Source of the DNA: Candidatus Latescibacterota bacterium
GTDB lineage: Bacteria > Latescibacterota > UBA2968 > GCA-2709665
Reading direction: 5' to 3'
Assembly: GCA_965208835.1 (NCBI GenBank)
Contig: OZ242358.1
Coordinates: 320,001-384,000, forward strand
DNA: 64,000 nt
In this document: piece after piece, positions 50,162-61,012 of the stretch
Layout: each line of letters begins with the position of its first letter
Position numbering within the stretch: position 1 is the first letter of the stretch
The notes under the pieces: generated by a model
Seen by the model: the letters and a program-made list of their open reading frames with translations, nothing else
Database searches by the model: none
What the model was told of the DNA's origin: nothing
Program-made: the position numbers and the translations under genes

Positions 50162-52489
50162 ATGGACCTCGCGAAGTTTGAGGACGATACGATAAACTCG
50201 GAACAGCTTCTTGTGGAATCCGAGCACGAAGAGAACGTCGATCTACCCGTTGACGCCGGGGACTGGCGGCGGGTGAACGAAGTTCGCGCTGAGGTGTATC
50301 TGCCTCCTGGCGCAAACGGTCTGCTCTGGTGCCGGTTGACGTCGGGCCATCGCACCGAGGGCATGAGCGAAGACGATGGCTATCTGTTCCACGCCATCGT
50401 CTCCCCGCGCGGCGGGAACCTCTGGGAGGGCTGGCGGGAATTTCGGTTTCCCGCGGAGTGTTTCTATACGCAGGGGATTCCTTCAGGTTGGAAAGAGACG
50501 CGATCGGCAACGCTGACCGGCCCGCAGGGCAGCCGGTTTCGCAACATTCGCCTGGTAGAGAGAGACGTGACGCCCGGTCCGCGTATGACGGATGAAGCCT
50601 TCATCGCCACACTGGACCCGGACCACCCCGGCCTGAAAATGCTGAAGGACTTGCCGGACGGATCCCTTCTGACGGAAGTCGCGAGGTATTTCCGGTCCAG
50701 CGGCTTCGACCGGGAACTGGTCCCGAGTGAACGGGAGCCGAATGCCGATCCCGATCAGGCCGACCGGGTCCTGGAAGGCAGGGTCCTGGGGCAGGACTGG
50801 TCGGCGGCTATCGACTGGGAGGCCAATCCAACGGGCTATATCGAATGGACGCTCGCCATCCACTATCTCCTGTTCCTGAGGCCTGCGATCGACGCGTACT
50901 GGGAAACCGGAGACGCAAAATATGCCAAGGGCATCGAGCGATACATCGCGGACTGGATGCGGCGCTGCCCGGTTCCCTACGGCGTTCGCGCCGGAGGATA
51001 CCCGTGGGGCCATTCGCTGGTGGTGGCCATCCGGCCATTCAGCACACTCGTGGACGTGTTCCGCGTGCTCTGCGCGTGTCCGGAGACCGATGACGCCACG
51101 ATCATCGACATGCTCAAGTCCATCTACGAGCATCAGGCCTGTCTGCTGCGTTTCCAGTCCTTCCCGCCCTCGAACAAGACCATTGCCGAGGCACGGACCA
51201 TTGCCGCGCTGGGCTGCGCTTTCCCCGAATTCAGAGACGCCGCAGGCTGGCGGGAAGAAGGCTATCGCCGGCTGCTGGACGACATGCGCGTGCAGGTGAT
51301 GCCGGACGGGGCGTCGTATGAACTCACGCCCGGTTACCAGATGAGCATTGCCACGTGGTTCCTCGAATCGTTTCAGGTTGCGCGAAAGTTCAACCATCCG
51401 CTCGACCCAGAACTGGAGGCGGGCATTCGATCTATGTTCGACTGGTGCGTGGCCATCACCCGCCCGGACTTCACCCGGCCCTCCGTCTCCGACGCCGGAA
51501 GCATGGACTCGAAGTATGACGATGCCCTGGCGCACCCGGGGCGCGTACTCGACAACCCGGCCGCGGTGTGGGTGGGCACCGGGGGCCGTGAGGGCGCGCC
51601 GCCGGAATATGAATCGATCGGCCTGCGCGACTCGGGCTATTTCATCATGAGGAGCGGCTGGGACCGGGACGCGCGATATCTCTTCTTCGAGGGGGGCCCT
51701 TACGGCCGCTGGCACCAGCACGAAGACAAACTCAGCTTTGAAGTCTATGCCTATGGCACGCCCTTTATCGTGGATCCCGGCATCACGTCGTACTACACCA
51801 ACCCCTGGACCCGGTTCTATACGACCACGCAGGCCCACAATACCGTCCTTGTGGACGGCCGGCCGCAGGCCCGGGGCCGCAATCAGACCATCGAACAGTG
51901 GACCCGTTCCGCCCGCGATTCGACATTCTGGCATTCTGATGATGATTCCGACGTCGCCGCGGCGAGTTACGACGCGCCATACGCAGATCTGGATGTGGCG
52001 GTCCGGCATCGCCGCGCTGTGATTTTCGTCAAACCGGATTATTTCATGGTCTTCGATGAACTGACGGGCGACGGCAGCCATACGTACGAGGCATTGTTCC
52101 ACTTCATGCCGTTCCGTCTGCTGACGGATTCTGAAACCGGCGCCGTCCGAACCGGGCGTATGGATGCACCCAACCTGGAGTTGATTCCACTGACCCGGAT
52201 GACGCCCCGGCTGGTCTGCGGCCAAAACGACCCGGTCCAGGGCTGGCTGGCGGTTAGCGGGCAGGACGTGCCGGCGCCAGTGGCCATATACAGAAGAAGG
52301 ACGCGGCTCCCGTTCCGGACAGGGTACGTGATATATCCCTTCGGCACGGACCGCGTCACCGCGGGAATCACGACAGAAACCGTACGGCGCGCGAACGTGT
52401 GGTCCGTCAACGTCGACCACGCCGACGGAAGGCGGGACCGCGTGCGAATGGACTGGGATGACGAGGCAGGACCGGCGTTATTGCGGTGA
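50162..52489 (+). CDS. Heparinase II/III-like polysaccharide lyase
   Basis: QVMPDGASYELTPGYQ, SGYFIMRSGW, HQHEDKLSFE, VDPG...Y, TQAHNTVLVDG. Confidence 0.88.
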   Translation: MDLAKFEDDTINSEQLLVESEHEENVDLPVDAGDWRRVNEVRAEVYLPPGANGLLWCRLTSGHRTEGMSEDDGYLFHAIVSPRGGNLWEGWREFRFPAECFYTQGIPSGWKETRSATLTGPQGSRFRNIRLVERDVTPGPRMTDEAFIATLDPDHPGLKMLKDLPDGSLLTEVARYFRSSGFDRELVPSEREPNADPDQADRVLEGRVLGQDWSAAIDWEANPTGYIEWTLAIHYLLFLRPAIDAYWETGDAKYAKGIERYIADWMRRCPVPYGVRAGGYPWGHSLVVAIRPFSTLVDVFRVLCACPETDDATIIDMLKSIYEHQACLLRFQSFPPSNKTIAEARTIAALGCAFPEFRDAAGWREEGYRRLLDDMRVQVMPDGASYELTPGYQMSIATWFLESFQVARKFNHPLDPELEAGIRSMFDWCVAITRPDFTRPSVSDAGSMDSKYDDALAHPGRVLDNPAAVWVGTGGREGAPPEYESIGLRDSGYFIMRSGWDRDARYLFFEGGPYGRWHQHEDKLSFEVYAYGTPFIVDPGITSYYTNPWTRFYTTTQAHNTVLVDGRPQARGRNQTIEQWTRSARDSTFWHSDDDSDVAAASYDAPYADLDVAVRHRRAVIFVKPDYFMVFDELTGDGSHTYEALFHFMPFRLLTDSETGAVRTGRMDAPNLELIPLTRMTPRLVCGQNDPVQGWLAVSGQDVPAPVAIYRRRTRLPFRTGYVIYPFGTDRVTAGITTETVRRANVWSVNVDHADGRRDRVRMDWDDEAGPALLR

Positions 52490-52518
52490 CGCCTGTCACG
52501 TCAACGGTTTCAGAAAGC

Positions 52519-52558
52519 CGAAAAGGACGGGCACCACACGGTGTACCCGTCCTTTTCG
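52519..52558. terminator. Bidirectional intrinsic terminator
   Basis: CGAAAAGGACGGG...CCCGTCCTTTTCG between the convergent lyase and symporter genes. Confidence 0.8.
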
Positions 52559-52627
52559 ATCTCAGACTATGTGTAAATCCGCGCCCAGTGTGTAAAGGCC
52601 TCAATTCTTCAGCGACAGCAGGGCGGA

Positions 52628-54589
52628 TCAGGTCGCGTCGCCCGGCTCAGCCAGATGCGCCTTTCGTGCCTCCTCCACGCGCTCGGGCGGAACGGGTCTG
52701 GAAAGCCCCACGCAAAACGCCAGGTACCACATGACGAAGATGCCGAAGGCAAGCATCAACAACTGCCAGACCCACAGAGACGGCAGGCCGAACGGGCCCC
52801 ATGTCGCAGGCGCATTGGGGTCGCCGAACAGCGTATTGCCGACTACGGCAAAGGGTCCGAAGCCCACGAGGAACCAGACCACGGTGAATAGCCAGGCCCA
52901 GGGGACGTGCCGGCGCCGCTCCTGCGAAATACCCGAGACCGCCTGAACGAAGCGGTGATGGCTCACTCTCCGGTCCCGGTCTTTCCCGCCGTCCGGCCGC
53001 AGATACGACACAAGAACGGCAACCAGCATGTTGAAGAAAATGCCCCAGCCCGCGCTGTGAATCGTCAGCGGGTACGCGCCCCAGGGCGTGTCGCTGATCG
53101 TGGAGGCGATGCGGTCCGGCAGGAACAGCTTCACAAATCCCATGATCACGGGAAGCACCTCGCTGACCGTGCGGTCGGTAAGTGTAACCGCTGCCAGTCC
53201 CGCAACCAGCCCCCATACCACGCCCTTCCTGGTGAAGAACCGGAAATAACAGAGCCCCATCAATGCCGGATACATCTGAAACCCGTAGGCCACGGCGAGT
53301 CCGCCCAGCATCACGATTGCCTGCGTGGATTTGGCTGCCACAATCAGCGCGGCAAGCGTTACCAGTATCACGAAAATCCGGCCGTACAACTTCTGCGTGC
53401 TGTCCGAAGCATCGGGTGAAACGTAACGCCGATAGAGGTCCCGGGTCACCATCCCGCTGAACGTGGACATATAGGCCGCCCCGGTGCTCTGCATGGCCCC
53501 CAGCGCACACACGGCAAGCAGTCCGACCAGCCACGGATAGTTGTCCGCCAGCAGGTTGATCAACTGGGGCACCAGTTCCGGCCGGCTCACCTTTTCGAAG
53601 ACCCCGTTGGCCAGCAGCACGTTACCGCCCAGTCCCTGGAATATAGTAAAGGTAAACAGGATGATTCCGATGATCACCGAGGACGCCACCACCTGCTGCC
53701 ATCGAAAGGGCTCGCTGGTACGGTTGGAAAACGCCCACATTGAAAAGGCGGGCGAAGACTGGATGCCCATCAGCGCGAACATATAGGTCATACACATCAT
53801 TCCGGTCCAGACGCCTCCAACCGCTTTCGACCCCTCGGAAACAACCTGAATCGAGCCGGGCAACGCCACGTAATGGGAATGCCCCGCGGGCGTCAGTCCC
53901 TTTCCCGAAGCCAGGTCCTGTCGAACAAGATTGCCCACGCCCTCCGTGAAAGCCGTCCATCCACCGGAAAATTGAATCGCGACAATGCCCAGGGCGACGA
54001 TCCCGAACGCAAGGAGAATGCACTGCGCGCAGTCCACGTAAGCCACAGACCGCAGCCCACCGGCAGCCACATAGATCATCACAATGGCGGACAGCGCGAA
54101 CATCCCCACTTCCACGCTCAGCAAGTTATCGGAGAGCACGTTGAACAGGAACCCCGAGGCTCGAAGCTGGACACCCAGATACGGCACGCTGAAAAGAAAC
54201 GCCACGAGTACCGTCAGCAGTCTGATCGTATCGCCGCCGTAGTAGTGGGAATACATCTCGCCGGGCGTGATATGCTGAAACGCCCTCCCGATGAGCCATT
54301 GTCGCCTCAGGAAAAGCACGCCGGTAAACGGAATCGTCAGCGCATAGAAGGAAGCGAACGCATAAGGAAGGCCTGCCTCCAGAATGAGACCGGGATGACC
54401 CACGAAGGTCCAGCCCGAAAAACTGGTGGCGGTGGCGGCCAGCACGAAAACCCAGATGCCGATGCTGCGGCCGGCCACGAAATAATCCGCGGACGTGCGC
54501 GATCGCAGGGCCCCCCGGAACCCCCAGAAAAGACAATAGGCCCAGTACAGGCCCACGAAGATCAGCAACCAGATCAGTTTGGCTTCCAA
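52628..54589 (-). CDS. Sodium:solute symporter family protein
   Basis: DYFVAGR, ATSFSGWTFVGHPG, GGLRSVAYVD, AMQST; many TM segments. Confidence 0.92.
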   Translation of the reverse strand: MEAKLIWLLIFVGLYWAYCLFWGFRGALRSRTSADYFVAGRSIGIWVFVLAATATSFSGWTFVGHPGLILEAGLPYAFASFYALTIPFTGVLFLRRQWLIGRAFQHITPGEMYSHYYGGDTIRLLTVLVAFLFSVPYLGVQLRASGFLFNVLSDNLLSVEVGMFALSAIVMIYVAAGGLRSVAYVDCAQCILLAFGIVALGIVAIQFSGGWTAFTEGVGNLVRQDLASGKGLTPAGHSHYVALPGSIQVVSEGSKAVGGVWTGMMCMTYMFALMGIQSSPAFSMWAFSNRTSEPFRWQQVVASSVIIGIILFTFTIFQGLGGNVLLANGVFEKVSRPELVPQLINLLADNYPWLVGLLAVCALGAMQSTGAAYMSTFSGMVTRDLYRRYVSPDASDSTQKLYGRIFVILVTLAALIVAAKSTQAIVMLGGLAVAYGFQMYPALMGLCYFRFFTRKGVVWGLVAGLAAVTLTDRTVSEVLPVIMGFVKLFLPDRIASTISDTPWGAYPLTIHSAGWGIFFNMLVAVLVSYLRPDGGKDRDRRVSHHRFVQAVSGISQERRRHVPWAWLFTVVWFLVGFGPFAVVGNTLFGDPNAPATWGPFGLPSLWVWQLLMLAFGIFVMWYLAFCVGLSRPVPPERVEEARKAHLAEPGDAT

Positions 54590-54793
54590 AACGTCCGTCC
54601 CTCCCGTGGAAATGAAGGAAAACGAAGAACAGGCCCGGCAAGGTATGAAGAATAGCCCTGATACGCAACGGTAAATTGCCCAAACGCGACTCGCCGCGGT
54701 CCGCTCCGGCAGCCGGCGTCCACGGCCCCGAATCCGATTTTTGATTTGACAAGACGGGGATATTTTCGTATGGAGAGTTGCAGTGTTGAGCCC

Positions 54794-54961
54794 TTAACAG
54801 CCCGTTGGAAAAGCCCATCCGGGCTACAGCCGGCCCTTGCGGTCGAAATACTGCGTTGCGCGCCCTCGCCGAATCGCTGGATGGGACTCGGTTGCGCGCC
54901 TTGTCTTCGACCACAATGCCTCCGCCTCGCCTGCAGAGCGACTTTTTCAACGGACTGTTAA
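54794..54961. mobile_element. MITE family B, copy 2 (inverted relative to copy 1)
   Basis: 14-bp TIR TTAACAGCCCGTTG / CAACGGACTGTTAA (1 mismatch). Confidence 0.78.
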
Positions 54962-55042
54962 AGCGTGTTCACCATACGCTGTCAGGGCTTCAACATCCGA
55001 CAGAACACCAAGCGTAGGCTCGATCTTCTTCGGTTCAGCGAC

Positions 55043-56572
55043 ATGGCTATCACGCGAAAAAGACTCACGCCGGCTATCGTCGGCTTTTTCGTCTCCGCCT
55101 GCACCCTCGCGCCGCGTTCAGCGCCGCCGGTCGCTGAATCGGTTTCCGAGCTGACCGACGGATCCGCAGGGGGTGAAGTCTCTGTCTCAATCCAGCGCCG
55201 GGAATGGTGGAAATCCTTCGCCGACCCGGCCCTGAACGGGATAATCGAGAACGTGCTGGAATCGAACTTCGACCTGGCGGCCGCGGTCGCCCGGGTCGAT
55301 CAGGCCAGGGCGCGCGCACGCATCGCCAGGGCGCCCCTGTTCCCGTCGATTCAGCCGACAGCCGGCGTCAACGAATTCGACGCACCCACAAACGCGGGCA
55401 TCGGAGCGCAGCTGGACGAACTGGGAGTGGGTTCGGGAGGTGGCGGCGTGCCGCGAATCGCCCTCCCCGATCGACTCGGGCTGACGACTTACACGGTCGG
55501 TGCGGAATTCGCGTATGAACTGGACTTCTGGGGCCGGAATCGCAACGACGGTCTCGCCGCGGGAGCCGAGCGCCTGGCATCCGAGTCGGACTATCTGACG
55601 GCCAGGATGGGCGTTCTGGCCGAAACCGTCCGGACCTACCTTGAAATTGTCAACCTGCGGCGCCAGCAGAGGCTGGCAACGGAAATAGCAGAGGTCTCCC
55701 GCCAAAGGGAGTCGCTTGCGGAGTCCCGATACAACCGTGGGCTGACCGACGTGAGCGGCCTCCACAGGGCGCGGCAGGATGCGCGAGGCGCACAGGCCGA
55801 ATTGCCGCAGATTGTTGCTCTGCTGGCCAACGCGGAGGGGCGGCTCCGGGTGCTTATGGGAGACCACCGCGTGGACCTCGCGCGATTGCTGTCTGATTCT
55901 CTGGCCACCGACGGGGCCCTGCAGCCTGTTCCGGCGGGCATTCCGACCCGCCTTCTGGCGCAGCGTCCCGACGTCGTCGCGGCAAAGCAGCGGTTGGAAG
56001 CCGCCCGATACCAGGTCGGCGCCCGTCGCGCGGACCTGGCGCCGAGACTGTCTCTTCACGGATCCATCGGGCTGCAGAGTACGGAGTCGAGCGAGTGGTT
56101 CAACCCGGAGCAATGGTTCCGCAATCTGAGCATGAACCTGCTCGGACCCGTCTTCCAGGGCTCTCGTCTTCGCGGCAATCTCGCGCTCGCGAAAGCCAGA
56201 ATGAAAGAAGCCGTCGCGGCCTACGGGAGATCCGTGGTCACCGCTGTCAACGAGGTTGAAGCCGCGCTTGCAGGCCTGGCGGCCAGCCGCAGGCGTCATT
56301 CTCTGCTGAGCTCTCAATCGAATGCGGCTCAATCGGAAGAAGAACTGCAGGAGCAACGGTATGTTTCGGGTGTGATTGACTATGTGGCGTTACTGACCGC
56401 GATGCAGGTCCGGCTGACGGCGGAATCCTTGCTTGCAGCGTCGGACCGCGACCTGGGTCTGGCCCGACTTGCCCTGCACCGGGCGCTGGGAGGCGCGTGG
56501 ACCCCCGACGCCCGCCAGGCCTTCGGGCCGGAACCGCCGAGCCAACGCATCTCCCGACCTCCAACGGAGTAG
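55043..56572 (+). CDS. RND efflux outer membrane factor lipoprotein (OprM/NodT type)
   Basis: Lipobox VSAC, WWKSFADPAL, YELDFWGR, LLAQRPDV, LHRALGGAW. Confidence 0.92.
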   Translation: MAITRKRLTPAIVGFFVSACTLAPRSAPPVAESVSELTDGSAGGEVSVSIQRREWWKSFADPALNGIIENVLESNFDLAAAVARVDQARARARIARAPLFPSIQPTAGVNEFDAPTNAGIGAQLDELGVGSGGGGVPRIALPDRLGLTTYTVGAEFAYELDFWGRNRNDGLAAGAERLASESDYLTARMGVLAETVRTYLEIVNLRRQQRLATEIAEVSRQRESLAESRYNRGLTDVSGLHRARQDARGAQAELPQIVALLANAEGRLRVLMGDHRVDLARLLSDSLATDGALQPVPAGIPTRLLAQRPDVVAAKQRLEAARYQVGARRADLAPRLSLHGSIGLQSTESSEWFNPEQWFRNLSMNLLGPVFQGSRLRGNLALAKARMKEAVAAYGRSVVTAVNEVEAALAGLAASRRRHSLLSSQSNAAQSEEELQEQRYVSGVIDYVALLTAMQVRLTAESLLAASDRDLGLARLALHRALGGAWTPDARQAFGPEPPSQRISRPPTE

Positions 56573-56578
56573 AACGTC

Positions 56579-57790
56579 ATGTCCCGCATATCCAGCATCC
56601 TGATTTCCGTCGCGATTGTCGTGTTTTCGGTGGGTCTGGCTGCTCTAATGGTTTCACTGGCGCCCGAACCGACGCGGACCGAACAGCCTCCCCAGATTCC
56701 GTACGTTCAGACGGGTTGGGTTTTGGCCGGGTCCGGATCCATACCGATTTTCGGGTCCGGTACCGTGCGTCCCGGCGCGGAGGTCGATATCGTTCCTCAG
56801 GTGAGCGGCAGGGTGGTCTGGGTGGATCCGGGATTCAAGAGCGGCGGCCGGGTAACGGCCGGGCAACCCATGTTCCGGATCGAAGAGGTCCACTATCAAT
56901 TCCGGGTGGAGGAAGCGGAAGCCAATCTTGCGGCCAGCCGGGTGGCATTGCTCAGGGAACAGGAACAGGCATCCATTGCCCGCTCCCAGTACGAACTCTA
57001 CGCGCGGCAGCGGGGGGACGAGGCTTCGCCATCCGATACGAATCCTCTCACGCTGAGAGAGCCCCAGTTGAACGCGGCGAGGGCGGCGCTGAATCGCGAC
57101 GAAGCCAGGCTTGCCGACGCCAGACTCGCCCTGTCCAGAACCCGGATGACCGCGCCTTTCAACGGCGTGGTGCGCGAGGAATTCGTGGACCGGGGAAAGG
57201 TCGTCAGTCCCGGCCAGCCGGTGGGCCGGCTGTTTGCCGCGGACGCGGTGGAAGTGGTCGTACCCCTGACCGACGGCAACGCCGCCCTCATTCCGGACCT
57301 GTGGCGACTGAAGGCGGGTGACGGCAATCGAGACGTGGCTGCCCGGGTGGTCGCCCGGTACGGCGACGCGAAATACGAATGGGAAGGCTACGTGGATCGA
57401 GCCGAGGCAGCCCTTGACGAGCAATCGCGCACCATCGATGTCATCGTGCGCGTACCGGGTCCGTTTTCCGCGGGCGTCCCGGCGACCGGGAACGTCAACC
57501 CAGGTGGTCATCCGCCACTGTTGGTGGGCAAGTTTGTCCAGGTGGAAATCGAGGGCAGGTTCGGGGAGGGCTTTTTCAGGATCCCACGGGCATCGCTGAA
57601 GCCCGGTAACGAGGTCTGGATGGTGAAGGGCGGCGCTGTGAATATCGTTCCGGTTCGGGTTTTGCAGCGTTCCAACGATGAGGCGTACGTGACGGGTTCG
57701 CTGGAACACGGTCTGGCGGCAATAACCGGCGGGATCCAGTTCGCAACGGACGGAATGCCCGTCCAGACGGAGACTGACGAGTCGCCATGA
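56579..57790 (+). CDS. RND efflux periplasmic adaptor (MFP)
   Basis: N-terminal TM, IVPQVSGRVV, LSRTRMTAPFNG, LLVGKFV. Confidence 0.92.
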   Translation: MSRISSILISVAIVVFSVGLAALMVSLAPEPTRTEQPPQIPYVQTGWVLAGSGSIPIFGSGTVRPGAEVDIVPQVSGRVVWVDPGFKSGGRVTAGQPMFRIEEVHYQFRVEEAEANLAASRVALLREQEQASIARSQYELYARQRGDEASPSDTNPLTLREPQLNAARAALNRDEARLADARLALSRTRMTAPFNGVVREEFVDRGKVVSPGQPVGRLFAADAVEVVVPLTDGNAALIPDLWRLKAGDGNRDVAARVVARYGDAKYEWEGYVDRAEAALDEQSRTIDVIVRVPGPFSAGVPATGNVNPGGHPPLLVGKFVQVEIEGRFGEGFFRIPRASLKPGNEVWMVKGGAVNIVPVRVLQRSNDEAYVTGSLEHGLAAITGGIQFATDGMPVQTETDESP

Positions 57791-60700
57791 GTACGAACGA
57801 CGACATCCACGGCGAACGGCCCGGCCCGATCGCCTACATGGCCGGCAACAGCATTGCCGCCAATCTGTTGATGTGGGCTATCGTCGCCGCGGGGTTGGTT
57901 TCGCTGACCGGAATCGATCGGGAAGCGTGGCCCACCACGCCCTTCTACCATATCGAAGTCTCCATGGCCTATCCCGGCGCCACTCCGGAGGAGGTGGAGG
58001 AGTCGATCGTTGTCAAGATCGAGGACCGGGTCAGCGGTTTGGACGACGTCAAGGCGGTCAAGTCAGTGGCGGCGCCGGGTATCGCGTCCGTCAGAATTCA
58101 AATGAATTCCGGAACGGACATGGCCCGGGCCCTGGACGATATCGAGTCCGCGGTCAATCGCGTACAGTCTTTCCCCGCCGATGCCGATCGTCCCAGTTTC
58201 CGGGAGATGGATAACCGCATGAGCTTGATGCGGCTCATCGTCTACGGCGACGTGTCCGAGCGCTCGCTGAAGGAATTGGCGTATCAGATCGAGGATAAAC
58301 TCACGGCGCTTCCGTCCGTGTCCCAGGTCGAGATCAGTGGTGTTCGGGAATACGAGATCTCCATCGAGGTGCCGCTGCATCAGTTGAGGGCCCTCGGGCT
58401 TACTCTCAACGACGTTGCCAATACCATTCGTCGCAGTTCCCTGAATCTCTCTGCCGGCAGTATCGATACCCGGGAGTCCCAGGTGCGGATCCGGACCCTC
58501 GGCCAGAACTACGACCAGCAGGATTTCGAAGCAATCGTCCTTCTCAGCAAGAGTGACGGCACGGTATTGCGCGTTGGCGATATCGCCGAAGTCCGCGACG
58601 GATTTCAGGAAGCCGACCTGATTGTCCGGCATCAGAACCATCCCGCTGTATTCGTGGAGGTCTTCCGGGCCGATGGCGAACAGGTGATGGACGTCGCGAC
58701 GAACGTCCGGGAACATTTGAAAAACGAGGTGATCCCGGTGCTGCCGGACGGCGTGGGCGTCACCGTGTGGAATGACGAATCCCAAGTCTATGAGGAACGC
58801 GCCGGTCTCCTTATCAAGAACGGCATCCTGGGGCTGTTGCTGGTGTTGATCGCACTCAGCCTGTTTCTCGAAATCCGGCTTGCAATTTGGGTCGCCGTCG
58901 GCCTCGCCGTTTCGGGTATAGGCGCGCTGGCCGTCATGAATGCGCTCGACGTGGCGATCAACGAAATCAGCCTGTTTTCCTTCGTACTCGCCATAGGGAT
59001 CGTCGTCGACGACGCCATCGTCGTCGCCGAGCACATTCGATACGAACGCAGTCGGGGAACCCCCGGTGTTACGGCCGCGATCCGTGGTGTACGTCGGATA
59101 AAGGTGCCACTGACCTTCGCGGTCCTCACTTCGGTGGTCGCTTTCGTCCCGCTGCTGTTCATCCCCGGCGGCATCGGTGACGTATGGCGGGCCCTGCCGA
59201 TCGTCATGATCGCCATGTTATTGGTCTCCCTGGTCGAATCACTGCTGGTGCTGCCCAACCACCTGTCCCATTTGAAGGGTCCGGAATGGGTGCCGACCAG
59301 TGCTTTCGACCGGTTCTTCGCACGGATCCAGGGCCGTGTGAACGAGTTGTTGAACCGGTTCGTACAGGGTCCGCTGGACCGGGCGCTGCGGTTCGCGACG
59401 GATCAGCCCGCGATCACGATGGGGGGGGCCGTGGGTATGCTCGTGCTCAGCATCTCGCTGTTGCCGGCGGGAATCGTACCCACAACGCTGGCCGCTGACA
59501 TCGAGGGGGATTTCGCGACGGTCGTCCTGGAGATGCCCGATGGGACGACCGCCCCGAGGACGTACGAAGTGGCGCTGGAACTGGAGGCCGCAGGCCGCAG
59601 GGTCATCGAACGACTCTCGCGCGGCCGGCCCGGAGACGCGCCACCGCTGCTGACTGGCGTAACGGTTACCGTCGGTTTGGGATCGAGACTCGAGGGCGGG
59701 CTCAATCCGGCCCCCACCCTCAATCCCCAGGCCAACATCGCTACCATCGAGTTCAAACTCCTGAGTGCGCAGCAAAGGCAGATCTCATCCGGAGAGGTCG
59801 TGCAGGCATGGCGAGAAGAGGTGGGGGTGCTTCCTTACGTGCGCGGCGTCACCTTCAGCGGCGCGGTCTTTGACCTGGGCAACCCGGTCGAGGCCGTACT
59901 GTCGCATCCGGATCCGGATCTCCTTGCGCGGATTGCGAACGCTGTGGTCGACGGTCTCCGAGAAGTGGCAGGCATCCACGACATCCGGTCGGATCACACC
60001 CCGGGCATCCCGGAAATGCAGCTGGAGCTGCGGCCGGAGGCGCGGACGCTCGGTCTCACGCTCGATGCGCTGGCCGGGCAGGCGCGCGCCGCGTTCTTCG
60101 GCGCAGAGGCGGTTCGGGTGCAACGCGGCCGGGAAGAGGTCCGGGTCTACGTGCGCCTGCCCGAGGATGAGCGGAATTCCATTACCGATATCGAGGGGTA
60201 CCTGCTCCGTACACCGGGCGGGGCCGAGGTTCCGGTCATGAGTGTGGCCTCCCTGAATCCGGGGGTGTCACCGCCGGCCATTCGGCGGAAGGACGGCCAG
60301 CGCGTCGTCACGGTCACCGCGGATGTCGATGCTTCGGAGATTTCCGGCGACGAAGCCAACAACATTCTGGCCAATTCGATCCTCTCGGACCTGACCGCCT
60401 TGCACCCGGACCTGACATACAGCTTCGGAGGTGAACAGCAACAGCAACTCGATTCCCTGGATGCGCTGTACCGTGGGTTCGCGGTCGCGCTGATCATGAT
60501 CTTTGTTCTTCTCGCCATTCCGCTGCGATCCTACACCAAACCGTTTATCATCATGGTCGTGATCCCCTTCGGGTTCATCGGCGTGATCCTGGGCCACTGG
60601 GTTCTGGGAGTAGCTCTGAGCGCTGTTTCCTTCTTGGGTATCTTCGGCCTGAGTGGGGTGGTCGTGAACGATTCCCTGGTGATGATCGATTTCATCGATC

Positions 60701-60981
60701 AGAAACTCGGGGAAGGCGCGTCGGCAAGAACTGCGATTGTGGAGGGCGCCAAAGGACGCTTTCGTCCGATCATGCTCACTTCCGTGACGACGTTCCTCGG
60801 CTTCACGCCCCTCATTCTGGAGCGCGCCATCCAGGCCCAGTTCCTGATCCCCTTTGCCGCCTCGCTCGGTTGCGGCATTCTGTTCACCACGGCTATACTC
60901 ATGATGGTCGTTCCCGCGCTTTACACCATCCAACTGCGTCTGACTGCTTCGTGGGGCCGTTCCGGCGCCGGTACCACGTAG
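57787..60981 (+). CDS. RND transporter permease (AcrB family)
   Basis: YPGATPEEVE, GIVVDDAIVVAE, GVVVNDS, RFRPIMLTS. Confidence 0.95.
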   Translation: MSTNDDIHGERPGPIAYMAGNSIAANLLMWAIVAAGLVSLTGIDREAWPTTPFYHIEVSMAYPGATPEEVEESIVVKIEDRVSGLDDVKAVKSVAAPGIASVRIQMNSGTDMARALDDIESAVNRVQSFPADADRPSFREMDNRMSLMRLIVYGDVSERSLKELAYQIEDKLTALPSVSQVEISGVREYEISIEVPLHQLRALGLTLNDVANTIRRSSLNLSAGSIDTRESQVRIRTLGQNYDQQDFEAIVLLSKSDGTVLRVGDIAEVRDGFQEADLIVRHQNHPAVFVEVFRADGEQVMDVATNVREHLKNEVIPVLPDGVGVTVWNDESQVYEERAGLLIKNGILGLLLVLIALSLFLEIRLAIWVAVGLAVSGIGALAVMNALDVAINEISLFSFVLAIGIVVDDAIVVAEHIRYERSRGTPGVTAAIRGVRRIKVPLTFAVLTSVVAFVPLLFIPGGIGDVWRALPIVMIAMLLVSLVESLLVLPNHLSHLKGPEWVPTSAFDRFFARIQGRVNELLNRFVQGPLDRALRFATDQPAITMGGAVGMLVLSISLLPAGIVPTTLAADIEGDFATVVLEMPDGTTAPRTYEVALELEAAGRRVIERLSRGRPGDAPPLLTGVTVTVGLGSRLEGGLNPAPTLNPQANIATIEFKLLSAQQRQISSGEVVQAWREEVGVLPYVRGVTFSGAVFDLGNPVEAVLSHPDPDLLARIANAVVDGLREVAGIHDIRSDHTPGIPEMQLELRPEARTLGLTLDALAGQARAAFFGAEAVRVQRGREEVRVYVRLPEDERNSITDIEGYLLRTPGGAEVPVMSVASLNPGVSPPAIRRKDGQRVVTVTADVDASEISGDEANNILANSILSDLTALHPDLTYSFGGEQQQQLDSLDALYRGFAVALIMIFVLLAIPLRSYTKPFIIMVVIPFGFIGVILGHWVLGVALSAVSFLGIFGLSGVVVNDSLVMIDFIDQKLGEGASARTAIVEGAKGRFRPIMLTSVTTFLGFTPLILERAIQAQFLIPFAASLGCGILFTTAILMMVVPALYTIQLRLTASWGRSGAGTT

Positions 60982-61012
60982 TGCACTTCATGACGCAGGG
61001 AGGCGAAAACCG